Below are positions 29,693 to 40,683 of a stretch of DNA of 64,000 bases, piece by piece. Within the stretch, counting starts at the first letter, position 1; every line of letters begins with the position of its first letter. Under the pieces are notes generated by a model that worked only from the letters and a program-made list of their open reading frames with translations, was not told the origin of the DNA and made no database searches. The stretch is from Spirochaetota bacterium (GTDB taxonomy: Bacteria; Spirochaetota; UBA6919; CBDBPB01): the NCBI GenBank assembly GCA_965208615.1, contig CBDBPB010000004.1:64001-128000 (forward strand), in the 5' to 3' direction. The translations under genes and the position numbers were made by a program.

Positions 29693-32023
29693 TTACTTAA
29701 TAAAAAACTCAGTAACACCATATCCCCCAGCCTCTGGTCTGGCTAAGTTATACGACTCAATATGTGGATGAGCTTTTAATAACTGTTCAACAAGTGATCT
29801 TAATATACCACTACCCTTTCCATGAACTATACGCCCCTTTAGCATAGCCGATGAATATAACCTGTCAATGTATAACTCAGCCTTTCGTATTGCCTCATCC
29901 CCGCGTAAGCCAATAAGATTAAGTTCAATAGGTATTGTCTCTTTGGGTAACTCATAAGATGCAGACGGCTCATCCTCTAATGGTGTATCAACTGGCACTC
30001 TAAGATCATCCAAACTAGTGCTAACCTTAATATCACCAACCTGAACAGTAACCGATGACTTTGATATATTATAAACCTTGCCAGTTTTGTTTAAACTGTC
30101 TATATAAGCAGACTCCCCTACTTTCCACTCATGATCAGTATTTATATACGGCTTTTTAACCTCAACCTCTTTTAACATCTCTTTAGTACTAAGAGCAAAA
30201 CCCTCTATATCCTTTAAACCATCCTTCAATACCTTTTCAGTAGGCTCAACAGAACGAATCTCCTTGTATAAAGCAAGTACCTTTTTTCTAATATCAGTTA
30301 TCGTATTAATATTATCCGTTAACTTAAGACGCTTTATTTCTGCTATCTCTTTTTTAATAAGATCCTCTCTAACAGTAAGCTCAGCCTCCTTACGACTTAA
30401 AGTACTAAACTTATTAGCATAAGACTCGGTCAACTTAGCAACCCTATCCTTTTCCTCACTAATATTACTAATAAGCTCATCAGTCTTTGTATGGGTTTTT
30501 TTAAGTATACCCTTAGCCAAGTTAATAATATTAGTCTTTATTCCCAAAGTCTTTGCAATGCTTAAAGCATTACTCCCACCGCTCATACCGTAAATTAACC
30601 TATAAATAGGCTTAAGTGCCTTTATATCAAACTCACAACAAGCATTCTCAACACGATTATTAAATAGTGGATAGCCCTTAATCTTTGCATAGTGAGTAGT
30701 AATAACCGCTTTTGAACCAATAGACCTAAACTCATCCAAAAGTGCAATACCAAGGGCACTACCCTCATCAGGATCAGTGCCAGCTCCAAGCTCATCAATT
30801 AATACAAGACTATCTTTAGTTGTGTTAGCAAGAATATCAACTATCTGCTTTATATGACCAGAAAATGTAGATAAACTCTGTTCAATACTCTGCTCATCAC
30901 CGCTGTCAATAAAAATGTTATCCACCACAGATATAGAACTACCCTCATTAACAGGTATTAATAAGCCATTTATAGCCATCATAGTCAAAAGACCAAGAGT
31001 CTTTAAAGCTACAGTCTTGCCCCCAGTATTAGGCCCAGTAATAATCAGTATATCATAAGCCTCACCAAGAAAAAGATCAACAGGGATAACATCACCATGC
31101 AATAATGGATGGCGTGCCATATATAACTTAAAATACCCTCTATCATTTACGTCAGGGAGTATAGCATTCATCTGTATGGCAAGCTTAGCCTTAGAGTAAA
31201 TAAGATCAATAACAGATATATTGGCAAGGGACTCATTAATCCCCATAAGATTATCCCTTATACCCTTAGTCAGAGCCTTTAAAATATTAATCTCTTCTGC
31301 CTTCTCCTCCCTGAATAAAGCTATTAAATAGTTATTATCCTCAACAACCTGTTCAGGCTCAATAAATAAAGTCTCCCCACTAGACGACGTATCAGTCACT
31401 ATACCCTTAAGCTTGCCTTTGTGATCCCTCTTTATGGGGATAACATATCTATCGTCCCTCACGGTTACAATATGGTCCTGTATTACATGAGTATAATCTG
31501 TGTGTCTTAGAATAGCCCTAAGCCTGGTCTCTATATGCTTTTTCTTTGAACGAATACTACTACGGATTGTCTTTAACTCAACACTAGCAGAATCAACTAT
31601 ATTAGCCCTGTTATCAATGGCCTTTAATATAGTGTTTTCTATCTGATCAAAGTCATAGATAGCTAAAACTAACTCCATAAGGCTAGGGGTAAAATCCCTA
31701 TACTTAACTATATGCCTCTTTATTAGTTTTAATCCCCCTAAAGTAAAGGCAACCCTTAATAGCTCATCAGCAAATAAAAAACTATTATCAAGCCTAGCAC
31801 GATGAAGCTCCGATGATATGTCGTGAATAGCTAAAGCTGGAAAGTCATGTTCCCTAATAATAGATGTCATCTCAAAAGTCTTGTTAAGAGCATCCCTAAC
31901 CTCTGATAGGTTAGTACAGTGAGTCATGTTATCCACCTCCATAACGCCCAATGGAGACATGGATAAGCCCTTTAGCTTTTCTTTAATAACATCCCACTCA
32001 AGAACCCGCTCAGTATGAGTCAT
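29693..32023 (-). CDS. mutS2: Endonuclease MutS2
   Basis: TGPNTGGKT, GDEQSIEQSLSTFSGH, DELGAGTDP and a C-terminal Smr domain (VHGKGSG). Confidence 0.94.
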   Translation of the reverse strand: MTHTERVLEWDVIKEKLKGLSMSPLGVMEVDNMTHCTNLSEVRDALNKTFEMTSIIREHDFPALAIHDISSELHRARLDNSFLFADELLRVAFTLGGLKLIKRHIVKYRDFTPSLMELVLAIYDFDQIENTILKAIDNRANIVDSASVELKTIRSSIRSKKKHIETRLRAILRHTDYTHVIQDHIVTVRDDRYVIPIKRDHKGKLKGIVTDTSSSGETLFIEPEQVVEDNNYLIALFREEKAEEINILKALTKGIRDNLMGINESLANISVIDLIYSKAKLAIQMNAILPDVNDRGYFKLYMARHPLLHGDVIPVDLFLGEAYDILIITGPNTGGKTVALKTLGLLTMMAINGLLIPVNEGSSISVVDNIFIDSGDEQSIEQSLSTFSGHIKQIVDILANTTKDSLVLIDELGAGTDPDEGSALGIALLDEFRSIGSKAVITTHYAKIKGYPLFNNRVENACCEFDIKALKPIYRLIYGMSGGSNALSIAKTLGIKTNIINLAKGILKKTHTKTDELISNISEEKDRVAKLTESYANKFSTLSRKEAELTVREDLIKKEIAEIKRLKLTDNINTITDIRKKVLALYKEIRSVEPTEKVLKDGLKDIEGFALSTKEMLKEVEVKKPYINTDHEWKVGESAYIDSLNKTGKVYNISKSSVTVQVGDIKVSTSLDDLRVPVDTPLEDEPSASYELPKETIPIELNLIGLRGDEAIRKAELYIDRLYSSAMLKGRIVHGKGSGILRSLVEQLLKAHPHIESYNLARPEAGGYGVTEFFIK

Positions 32024-32031
32024 AAAAAAAC

Positions 32032-32304
32032 CTAATCATTAAACTCCTCTACCATCCACTCCTTTATCCACTTCTCAGCAATCAAGCCATTCTTAATAAA
32101 CGGATCATCAAGTATAACCTTTGTTGCCTCCTCAAGAGAATCAGATAAAAAACTAATTAACCCACCTGACCTATCAGCAAATGGTCCACCAGCATAGTCC
32201 TCTAAACTAAGGGTTACCCAATAACTAATGTGAGACGGAATAACCTCTCTTATCTTTTCTGGATCGTTCTTCATAAAATAAAAATAAATAAATCTTGTCT
32301 TCAT
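32032..32304 (-). CDS. YciI family protein
   Basis: HISY...GGPFADRSGGLI...DDPF motif. Confidence 0.8.
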   Translation of the reverse strand: MKTRFIYFYFMKNDPEKIREVIPSHISYWVTLSLEDYAGGPFADRSGGLISFLSDSLEEATKVILDDPFIKNGLIAEKWIKEWMVEEFND

Positions 32305-32343
32305 AATAAATAGTCCCTTTTGTAATCAATAAAAATATATACC

Positions 32344-34914
32344 CTACTTAATAACTATATTAACCAACTTATTAGGCACCACTATAACCTTAATAATAGT
32401 CTTTTCATTAGTCCACTGCCTAATACGCTCATTATCAAGAGCTATAGCCTTAACCTCGTCCTTGCTAAGGGATACAGATAAATCATCTTTTGCCCTAACC
32501 TTACCATTAACCTGAAAAACATAAGTTATAGTATCATCCTTAGTCAACTCATGAGTGTAAGACGGCCAACTACCCTCATACAACGACTTATCATAACCAA
32601 TAATCTCATTAATCTCCTCAGCAACATGAGGTACAACAGGTAATAAAAGGTATGATAACTTAGTCATAACCTCCTTTAACACCACATAATCACTCTCAAG
32701 CTTAGGACTAAAGGCATATATACCATTAAGCAACTCCATCATAGCCGCTATGCCAGTATTAAAATGATACCTATTAATAAAATCCTCAGTAACCTTTTTA
32801 ATAGTCTTATGCAACTTCTTTCGTAAAGCAATGGCACTATCAGACAAAGATAAACTATTTATACCGCTAATACTAGTATTCTTTAGCCTATCCCCATTAT
32901 CCAAAGCAATGTTATAAACCCGCTTTATAAACCGAAAGCATCCATCTAAGCCCTGTTCATTCCATTCTAAGTCACGCTCAGGGGGAGCCGCAAATAACAT
33001 AAACAATCTAACAGTATCAGCACCATACTTTTTAATAATATAATCAGGATCAACACCGTTATTCTTCGACTTAGACATCTTATCCAACTTTTTAATTAAA
33101 GGCTCTCCAGAATTAGGACAAATATCTTTATTCGCTAACTCACTAGGATTATAATACCTCTTAAGCCCCCTAGAATAATAGGAATAGGCAATAACCATCC
33201 CCTGAGTAAGCAAATTGTTAAAAGGCTCATCAGTCTTAATATAACCCAAATCCCTAATGGCCTTGTGGAAGAACCTCGCATACAATAAATGCAGTATGGC
33301 ATGCTCTATACCACCAACATATTGATCCACATTCATCCAATAGTTAGCCTCTTCGCTGTTAATAGGGCTATTATCCTCATTAGGCGAGCAAAACCTTAAA
33401 AAATACCAAGACGAACAAACAAAAGTATCCATAGTATCAGTCTCACGAGTAGCTAACCCATTACACTTAGGACAATTAACCCTCTTAAAACTATCACTAG
33501 TCTCCAAAGGATTACCTTTATCCTTAAACTTAACGTCAATAGGCAATTTTACAGGTAACTGATCAACAGGTATAGGCTGTGTACCACAACTATCACAATA
33601 AACTATAGGAATAGGATTACCCCAATAACGTTGCCTCGATATTAACCAATCCTTCAGCCGATAATTAATTTGTCCCTCGCCAATAGCCTTATCCTTAGCG
33701 TAGTCTATTATTTTAGACATGGCACTTTTATTATCTAACCCATCAAACTCACCCGAGTTGATAAGATAACCCTCATCTATATAAGCCTCAGTCATAGTAT
33801 TAGCAGATAAATTATTTTCTTTATTCTGAATAACAACCTTTATCGACAAATCATACTTCTTTGCAAATAAAAAATCCCTCTGATCATGAGCTGGTACTCC
33901 CATAAGTGCACCAGTACCATAACCCAATAATACAAAATTAGCTATGTATAACGGTATTTTATCCCCATTAAAAGGGTTGTCAATATACTTACCAGTAAAT
34001 ATACCCAGCTTATCACTATGCTCAGACGTTCTCTCAATATTACTTTCCTTTTTAACCCTATCTATAAAAGACCTTATACTCGCCTTATTATGACTATTAT
34101 CAATAATATCCTTAACTAAATGATGCTCAGGAGCAATAGCCATAAAAGTTACACCGTATATAGTATCAGGCCTTGTTGTGAATATAGGAAAGTCCTTATT
34201 ATCAAGCTTAAAATTAGCATAAAGACCATAACTCTTGCCTATCCAGTTCTTCTGCATGGCAATAACCCTGTCAGGCCAACTGTTAAGCTTATTATAATCA
34301 GATAATAAACTATCAGCATAGTTAGTTATCCTAAAAAACCATTGGGACATATCCCTCTCTACAACAGCATTACCACAACGCCAACAATTACCATCCTCAA
34401 CCTGCTCATTAGCCAAAACAGTCAAACAATCATCGCACCAATTAACAGGTGCATCCTTTTTATAAACTAATCCCCTCTCATAAAACTTTATAAAAAGATA
34501 TTGCTGCCACCTATAATAACCCTCATCACAAGTTGCAAGCTCCCTATCCCAATCATAAGAAAATCCCAAACTCTTTAACTGCTTTTTCATATAACTTATA
34601 TTATCATAAGTCCACTTAGCTGGATGAACCCCCTTATCTATAGCGGCATTCTCAGCAGGTAAACCAAAAGCATCCCACCCCGTTGGATGGAGTACATTAT
34701 ATCCCTCTAACCTTTTGCTAATAGCTATTGCATCCCCTATGGCTAAGTTCCTAACATGGCCCATGTGTATCTTACCAGATGGGTATAAAAACATCTCAAG
34801 ACAATAAAACTTCTTCTTTTTATTATTAACATTAGCCCTAAAAATAGAACTGTCTTCCCAATACCTCTGCCACTTCTCCTCAATCTTAGTAAAATTATAT
34901 ACTTTATCTTTCAT
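32344..34914 (-). CDS. leuS: Leucine--tRNA ligase
   Basis: [28 protein letters not shown] and KMSKS motifs. Confidence 0.97.
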   Translation of the reverse strand: MKDKVYNFTKIEEKWQRYWEDSSIFRANVNNKKKKFYCLEMFLYPSGKIHMGHVRNLAIGDAIAISKRLEGYNVLHPTGWDAFGLPAENAAIDKGVHPAKWTYDNISYMKKQLKSLGFSYDWDRELATCDEGYYRWQQYLFIKFYERGLVYKKDAPVNWCDDCLTVLANEQVEDGNCWRCGNAVVERDMSQWFFRITNYADSLLSDYNKLNSWPDRVIAMQKNWIGKSYGLYANFKLDNKDFPIFTTRPDTIYGVTFMAIAPEHHLVKDIIDNSHNKASIRSFIDRVKKESNIERTSEHSDKLGIFTGKYIDNPFNGDKIPLYIANFVLLGYGTGALMGVPAHDQRDFLFAKKYDLSIKVVIQNKENNLSANTMTEAYIDEGYLINSGEFDGLDNKSAMSKIIDYAKDKAIGEGQINYRLKDWLISRQRYWGNPIPIVYCDSCGTQPIPVDQLPVKLPIDVKFKDKGNPLETSDSFKRVNCPKCNGLATRETDTMDTFVCSSWYFLRFCSPNEDNSPINSEEANYWMNVDQYVGGIEHAILHLLYARFFHKAIRDLGYIKTDEPFNNLLTQGMVIAYSYYSRGLKRYYNPSELANKDICPNSGEPLIKKLDKMSKSKNNGVDPDYIIKKYGADTVRLFMLFAAPPERDLEWNEQGLDGCFRFIKRVYNIALDNGDRLKNTSISGINSLSLSDSAIALRKKLHKTIKKVTEDFINRYHFNTGIAAMMELLNGIYAFSPKLESDYVVLKEVMTKLSYLLLPVVPHVAEEINEIIGYDKSLYEGSWPSYTHELTKDDTITYVFQVNGKVRAKDDLSVSLSKDEVKAIALDNERIRQWTNEKTIIKVIVVPNKLVNIVIK

Positions 34915-35072
34915 TCACTTTACCCTATCAAAATATATAGTAATCCAGTTAAGCTAAAGTAAGCCTCGTAGTCAAGATTAATAATATAATAAACTAAATT
35001 AAAAATGCCTTAACCTATTTAAGTAAACATGGTAAATAGTAAACTATTAAGAATAACCCTTTATACCCTATT

Positions 35073-35147
35073 TGTTAACTATTATTCTAACATTTAAATA
35101 AAGGTGCAAACCACTTTTTATTTGACACCTTAGAACGTTTAATTTCA
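35073..35147. repeat. 75-bp mini-element (TGT...TCA), left flank of the R-M locus
   Basis: Direct repeat of 39341..39439 lacking one 24-bp internal unit. Confidence 0.8.
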
Positions 35148-35341
35148 TCTCCCATACCTAATATCCTTTTTCTGTAATTATCTATATCGTTAAGCTTAAA
35201 TATTATAGATGGGATGTCAGATTATTAATAGTCCTTGTTTTGGAAAGCTATGATGTCATATACAAACTCACCTTTTGGGTTATTCATAGTTTTGTTGTTA
35301 AAACATTATATACCGAAACACGGGACGCGCAGAGGCAGTCT

Positions 35342-36756
35342 TTATTTAATCGATTTTTCAATAATTTCATCAATCATCATTCTTTCGCTTTCAATTTTCT
35401 TCTTAATTTCTTTTTGCTTGTCTAATTCTGTTTTGATTTCATCAACGATTTTTTGTTGAGTTTTCAAAGAAATATCAATCATTGGAAATTCTTGTATTTG
35501 GCTTGGAAAGATATTTGTATTATTTCCTAATCCTTTTTTGTTTACTTCTACAAGATATTGAAAATACTCTGTTCTGAAATAGTAATATGCAAAAAGAGGA
35601 TTGTAGTTTTGCAGTCTTATTCTCATAGTAAAATCGGCAAAAATACCTTGTAAATCTTCATCAACAATTAAAGCAACTTTTCCAATTGTTCCTTCTCCTG
35701 AACGAGCTATCAAGATGTCATTTTTAGAAACTGTTTTTTTTTGTTTTGATCTGAATATTCCTTAGAAATAAGTTTTGAATTTTCGCTTTCAAATTGCCAG
35801 TTTTTAATGTTCGCCATTGAGATATAATAATAGTCTCCGTTTTCATCATAATCTTTTGGCGATACTCCTTTACCTAAAACGATTGGCTCTGAAATAAAAT
35901 CTTTAATTTTTTTTCTTGTGACCTTTTTAAGCTGTTGGATAACAAAAGTTCCTGCTTCTCTGTGGAATTTAACGCTTTGTCTTATATCTCTATTGTTTCC
36001 AAAAGCAAATAGATCAAGATAATAATTTCTAATTTTCTTCAATTCTTCAAACTTTTCTAAATCAAATCCAAACTCTCTTACAAAAACTTTATTAATAACT
36101 TCTTGCGGTGGGGTGATTTGTGTTTTTAGTCCTTTGATTATCTTTTCAATAGATTCTATTTGAGCAACGATTTGGTCTTGTTTTTGTTTTGGAATTAAAG
36201 GTATTTTTATTTTTAGTAAATCTTCTTTCTTATAAGCAGAAATTCCAATACCCCTATAAATATGATTATTAAGAATGCTCTTTAATTTTTTTGTTCTCAA
36301 AATGTAAAGGGAAAATTTATTATTCCAATCATCATTTACTTTGAAAATATAAAAACCATTTGAAAAGACATATTCAGATAAATCCTCATTTTCAAAAAAC
36401 AATGCTGGAGATTTTGCCAATCTTAAACTTGAAATAAGAATATTATCATTAGAAACTTTATATTTTAATCTTCCCGGGTGGTTTTCTGCGGTTACGGTTT
36501 GAAATTCTCTTATATACCCGTCTTCATCTAAATAAGCTTCCCCTGTTGGTATTCCTTTATATTCTCCGTCATCTTGATAATCAAAAAGAGTATAATCATC
36601 ACTCAAAATATCTTTAAGCGGAATAAGTTTTTTACTTGGAGAATCAAACAAGTTCCAACCTGATGAAAACAAAAAACTATGATATTTTTCATCATTTCTT
36701 AAATAAACATCTTTTGCTAGTTCCATAAAATCAATTGTAAAATGTTTCAATCCCAT
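35342..36756 (-). pseudogene. HsdS-like specificity subunit, split by a frameshift at an A9 tract
   Basis: ORFs 35710..36756 and 35342..35713 join (KKKTVSKNDILIARSGEG) if one A is added at 35734-35742. Two TRD-like halves with IKIPLIP..Q.QIV repeats. Confidence 0.8.
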
Positions 36757-39125
36757 TTTATGTCTCTCATATAATCTAAAGCAGTTTCAAAGATTTTATC
36801 CTCATCTGAAAGTAAGAGTTCATTATCCTTATTTACACGATAAAGTTCATTAGGCATTTGTTTTTCACCTCTTTTAGTTCTCTTATAACCTACATTTTCC
36901 ACTTCTGCCATAAAGATTTTATAACTAAGTTCTTTGGCAACTTCGCCAAAAACCCACCAAGTATTTACAAAACCAAAAACATCTTTGGTGTCTTTATCAT
37001 ATTTGCAAAGGTCTTTTAGTTCGTCTTGATACTTTATAATCAATTTGTTTACAGATAGATTGTTATCATCTTTTTCAATATAATTTTTCAACATCCTTGC
37101 TAATATATCTTTTTTTTCCTGCTCTGATAAATCTTTAATTGATGGTAATTTTTTTTTATCTTTATCTTCTAAATAAACTTTCATCAAATTTTCACATTTG
37201 GTTTTAAGACTACTCCATTCACTTGAATACTTGTCCCAAAGTTTATTCCATTCATCAATTTCTTCTTTAGTTTTCTTTTGAGCAAAAAGTAAACTAGTTT
37301 TAGTATTGGTAAAAGGAGCAAAAGTAAGTTGTGGTAAACTCACAACGGCTTTAACTTTAAAATATTTGTAAATAAAAAGTCTGATATATTTATTTTCTGT
37401 CGTATCAAAAACACTTTCTGGTAAAACTACACCCATTCTACCATTTTCTCTCAATAACTGATACCATCTTTCTATAAATAAGTTTTCAGAGTTCTTTTTC
37501 CCACCAAAAACGAACTCTTTATTTACATTCTTTTTAGTTTCATTGTCTAAATCCACACTAAAAGGCGGGTTTGATATGATTATATCAAATTGTCCATTCA
37601 CCTCTTTATCAAAATACAAACTATCTTTTTCGTTTGATTTCAAATAATTTGGTGCTGTTGCTTTGTCATAAAAATTAAATGGTAATAATCCATCTTTGAC
37701 AAAAATCTTGGTTGAGCCGTCTCCGTGCAAAATCATATTGACTTTAGAAGCTGTACCAAGATTAAAATTAATTTCTACACCGTAAATATAGTATTTTGCC
37801 CATTTGTTTTCCCTGTGGTCCGGCGTAAACCATTGATAAAATTTATCTTCTACATCTCTTGTTTCATTTAGTTTATCATTGAATCTTCTTTTCAGGTTTT
37901 CAGTGATAAACTTCATATACTCAATAAGAAAAGTTCCACTACCAGCACTTGGATCAATCAAATATGGAATCTCCAAATCTTTGTTTACTCTTTCAACTGC
38001 CAATTTATCAAGCTGTAACCCCCAAAGCAGAAATTTAACAACATTGATATGAGTAAAAAATTGACCTTTGGTTTGCTTAAATCCTTCCCTGATAATCCCT
38101 TCAAAGAAGTCTCCTAAAATATCTTTTCCGTTAAAACTATTTTTACCATCCACAAAACTAAATCTTTCAAGTTCTGAAACAGTATATTTTAGCTTGTTAA
38201 GTGAAAACTTGTTTTCATCAATAACAAAAGATTTTTGAAGTTTTCCCTCATCAAAAATATTTAATCTTTCTTTTAAAGCCCTTCGATACAGTTCATTGAT
38301 ACGTTCAAATAACTGTTCATTACTCTCAAAATTATCACCATCTCTATATGAAAATATTTGAAAATCATATTTTTCACCTAACTTTTTTTCACTCTCATCT
38401 TGTATTTTAGCTAAAATAATATTTACCAAAGACGAAAATACATCATTATCATCAGTACCTCCACCACCCCACAAAACATTATGAAGATTTTTTCTAAGTC
38501 CGTCTAATTGTTCATGTGTAAAACTTGTTTCTAAATCCTTCTTGCCATCTTTGATATAAGATTCTTTTTGCGCCTTACCATAATTTTTAGGTAAAGCATC
38601 AACAAAATCTCTTATTTTACTCCAACTATCAAAAGAAGTAAATTTTTCATAATCTATAACTAAACATTTATCTTTTATTTTATTTTCAATAATTTCAAAA
38701 GTATAAAGGACTAAATATCTAACATTTACTCCTTGACCTTTTTCCTGAGATGCCATGTTAAAAAGCTGTTTTTCAATTACTTCGTCTTTGTCCTTTTCAT
38801 AATCTTTCGGACTTTTTAGCTCAATATAAAGGAAAGCATCATCTTTATCATCCCTGACAATAATATCAATTCTTGGCTTGTTTACTTTTGGTCTTCCAAT
38901 ATCGTATTGCTTTTCAAGTTCAATTTTTTCAGGCTTATAGCCTAATTCGTTTACAAGCCTAGCAAGAATAAAAGCTCTGACGATTTCTTCATCGCCTCTA
39001 AATTTATAAATCTTCCCGCCTTTTATCTTCTCAGAATACTCTACTATTCCCTAATCAAAATCATATTCTTTAACAGCTTTGACTTTTTGATTATCTAAAT
39101 AATTCTTTATAACATTACAATCCAC
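36747..39125 (-). pseudogene. Fused restriction nuclease / N6-adenine methyltransferase with an early in-frame TAG
   Basis: GTG 39125 with GAGGA RBS; TAG at codon 25 (39051-39053); then an HSDR_N-like RIDIIV...YIELK in frame with ORF 38756 (GQFFT, DPSAGSGTFL, ISNPPF). Confidence 0.8.
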
Positions 39126-39340
39126 AATTATCCTCTTTCACTTAATATTTCTTTTCTTCGCCAGCCATGGACGACTACGTCTTAGGACAGGATCATTTTA
39201 TCAAGAATCAACTATTTTAAAACTATAATACTATATGAGCAAGTTTAAGATTTTGCGTATTTCCGTTAAGATCAGTGAGTTCTGTTCTATCCTTTTCATT
39301 TAATACCACCATGAGTGCATTAGGACAAACCTCTATGAGG

Positions 39341-39439
39341 TGTTAACTATTATTCTAACCTTTAAATAAAGGTGCAAACCACTTTTTATTTGACACCTTA
39401 GAACGCTTTTTAATTAAATCATTAGAACGTTTAATTACA
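39341..39439. repeat. 99-bp mini-element with TGT...ACA inverted ends
   Basis: TGTTAACTATTATTCTAA ... TTAGAACGTTTAATTACA; TTAGAACG occurs twice, 24 bp apart. Confidence 0.8.
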
Positions 39440-39466
39440 TATATACAAACTATTTTAGCTAATATC

Positions 39467-40577
39467 CTATTCTAAAGCCCTCTCAGGAAGCTGATTATTA
39501 CTCTTAACCCCCATCTTCTTAAGCTCCTCTACCTGCCAGGCTAAATTACCCTTACCAGACATTAACCTTTTTATAGAATCATCATAAATATACCTAGACT
39601 TATCCAAACTCTTACCCAGCCTTTCTAACTCATGATAAAACCCAACAAACTTATCATAAAGCAATCCACCACGCCTTGCAATATCTATAGCATTCCTATT
39701 TTGTTTTTCAGTCATCCATATATTTGCAATTGTCCTCAAAGAAAAAAGCAAAGTAGACGGAGATACCAAATGAATCCCCTTATTAAGTGCGTAACCTAAT
39801 AAACTTTTCTTATTCTGGAACGCCAGTATAAGAGCAGGCTCAATAGGAATAAACATCATTACAAAATCAGGGGTGTTAATATCATGAATGTCTTGATAAC
39901 GCTTACTAGATAAATTATCAATGTGTCTTATTGACGATTTAATATGCTCCTTAAGATAATCAACCCGCTTATGATCTTCACAATTAAAATGCCCCTCATA
40001 AGCCACCAGTGATACCTTAGAATCTATAATTAACTTTTTGTTTTCAGGTAAGTTGATTATTACATCAGGCTGTAATCTATTGCCCTCATCATCCCTAAAA
40101 ACCCCCTGAACACTATACTCAGTACCCCTAGATAAACCAGATAACTCTAAAATCTTCTCCAAGATAAGCTCACCCCAATTACCCATAGTCTTAGACTCAC
40201 CCTTAAGTGCATTTGTAAGCTTAATAGCATCCTCAGACATTCGCTTGTTGAACTCGGTTAACTGCCTTATCTGCTCCCCTAACCTAACCCTCCCTTCAAT
40301 ATCTTCCTTCTGAGAGGCCTCAACCTTGTTTTTAAAATCTAGTATATTAATCATTCTTAAGCCTGGCAGTGGTATAGTTAAGAGCCTTTAATGAAATGTT
40401 CTCAAACTCCTTAGTAAGCTGTTCTTTTATATTAAGAAAACTCTTTTCTTTAGAATCAGCATTTTCTTTTAACTCCCTTATAGTCAGCCTATACCTAAAA
40501 TATTGAAAAAGTAAACCTAACACAAATCCAACTATTAAACCCAATAAAATAAATAGTGTAATAGAATAAATCGTCAT
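39467..40577 (-). pseudogene. rmuC: DNA recombination protein RmuC, split into two overlapping ORFs
   Basis: N-terminal TM/coiled part 40347..40577 (GGAGG RBS; EFENISLKAL). Core 39467..40354 (GNWGELILE, QPDVII, IDSK, FVMMFIPIE) is in another frame. Confidence 0.75.
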
Positions 40578-40683
40578 TAGATAACCTCCCAATAAATTTA
40601 ATAAACCATAATAATTATACCCAAACATAACCTATAAAATTATAGGCATAATGTCAATAAAAAATTATATTAACCATACACTA

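Noticed and set aside
39051-39053. Pyrrolysine or amber recoding
   Set aside because: TAG terminates normal genes in this window (for example leuS, rpmE), and no pyl genes are visible.
39341-39439. LexA/SOS operator (GAAC/GTTC motifs)
   Set aside because: Spacing is 24 bp rather than a known LexA spacing, and the motifs sit inside TGT...ACA termini shared with the larger elements. Not fully excluded.
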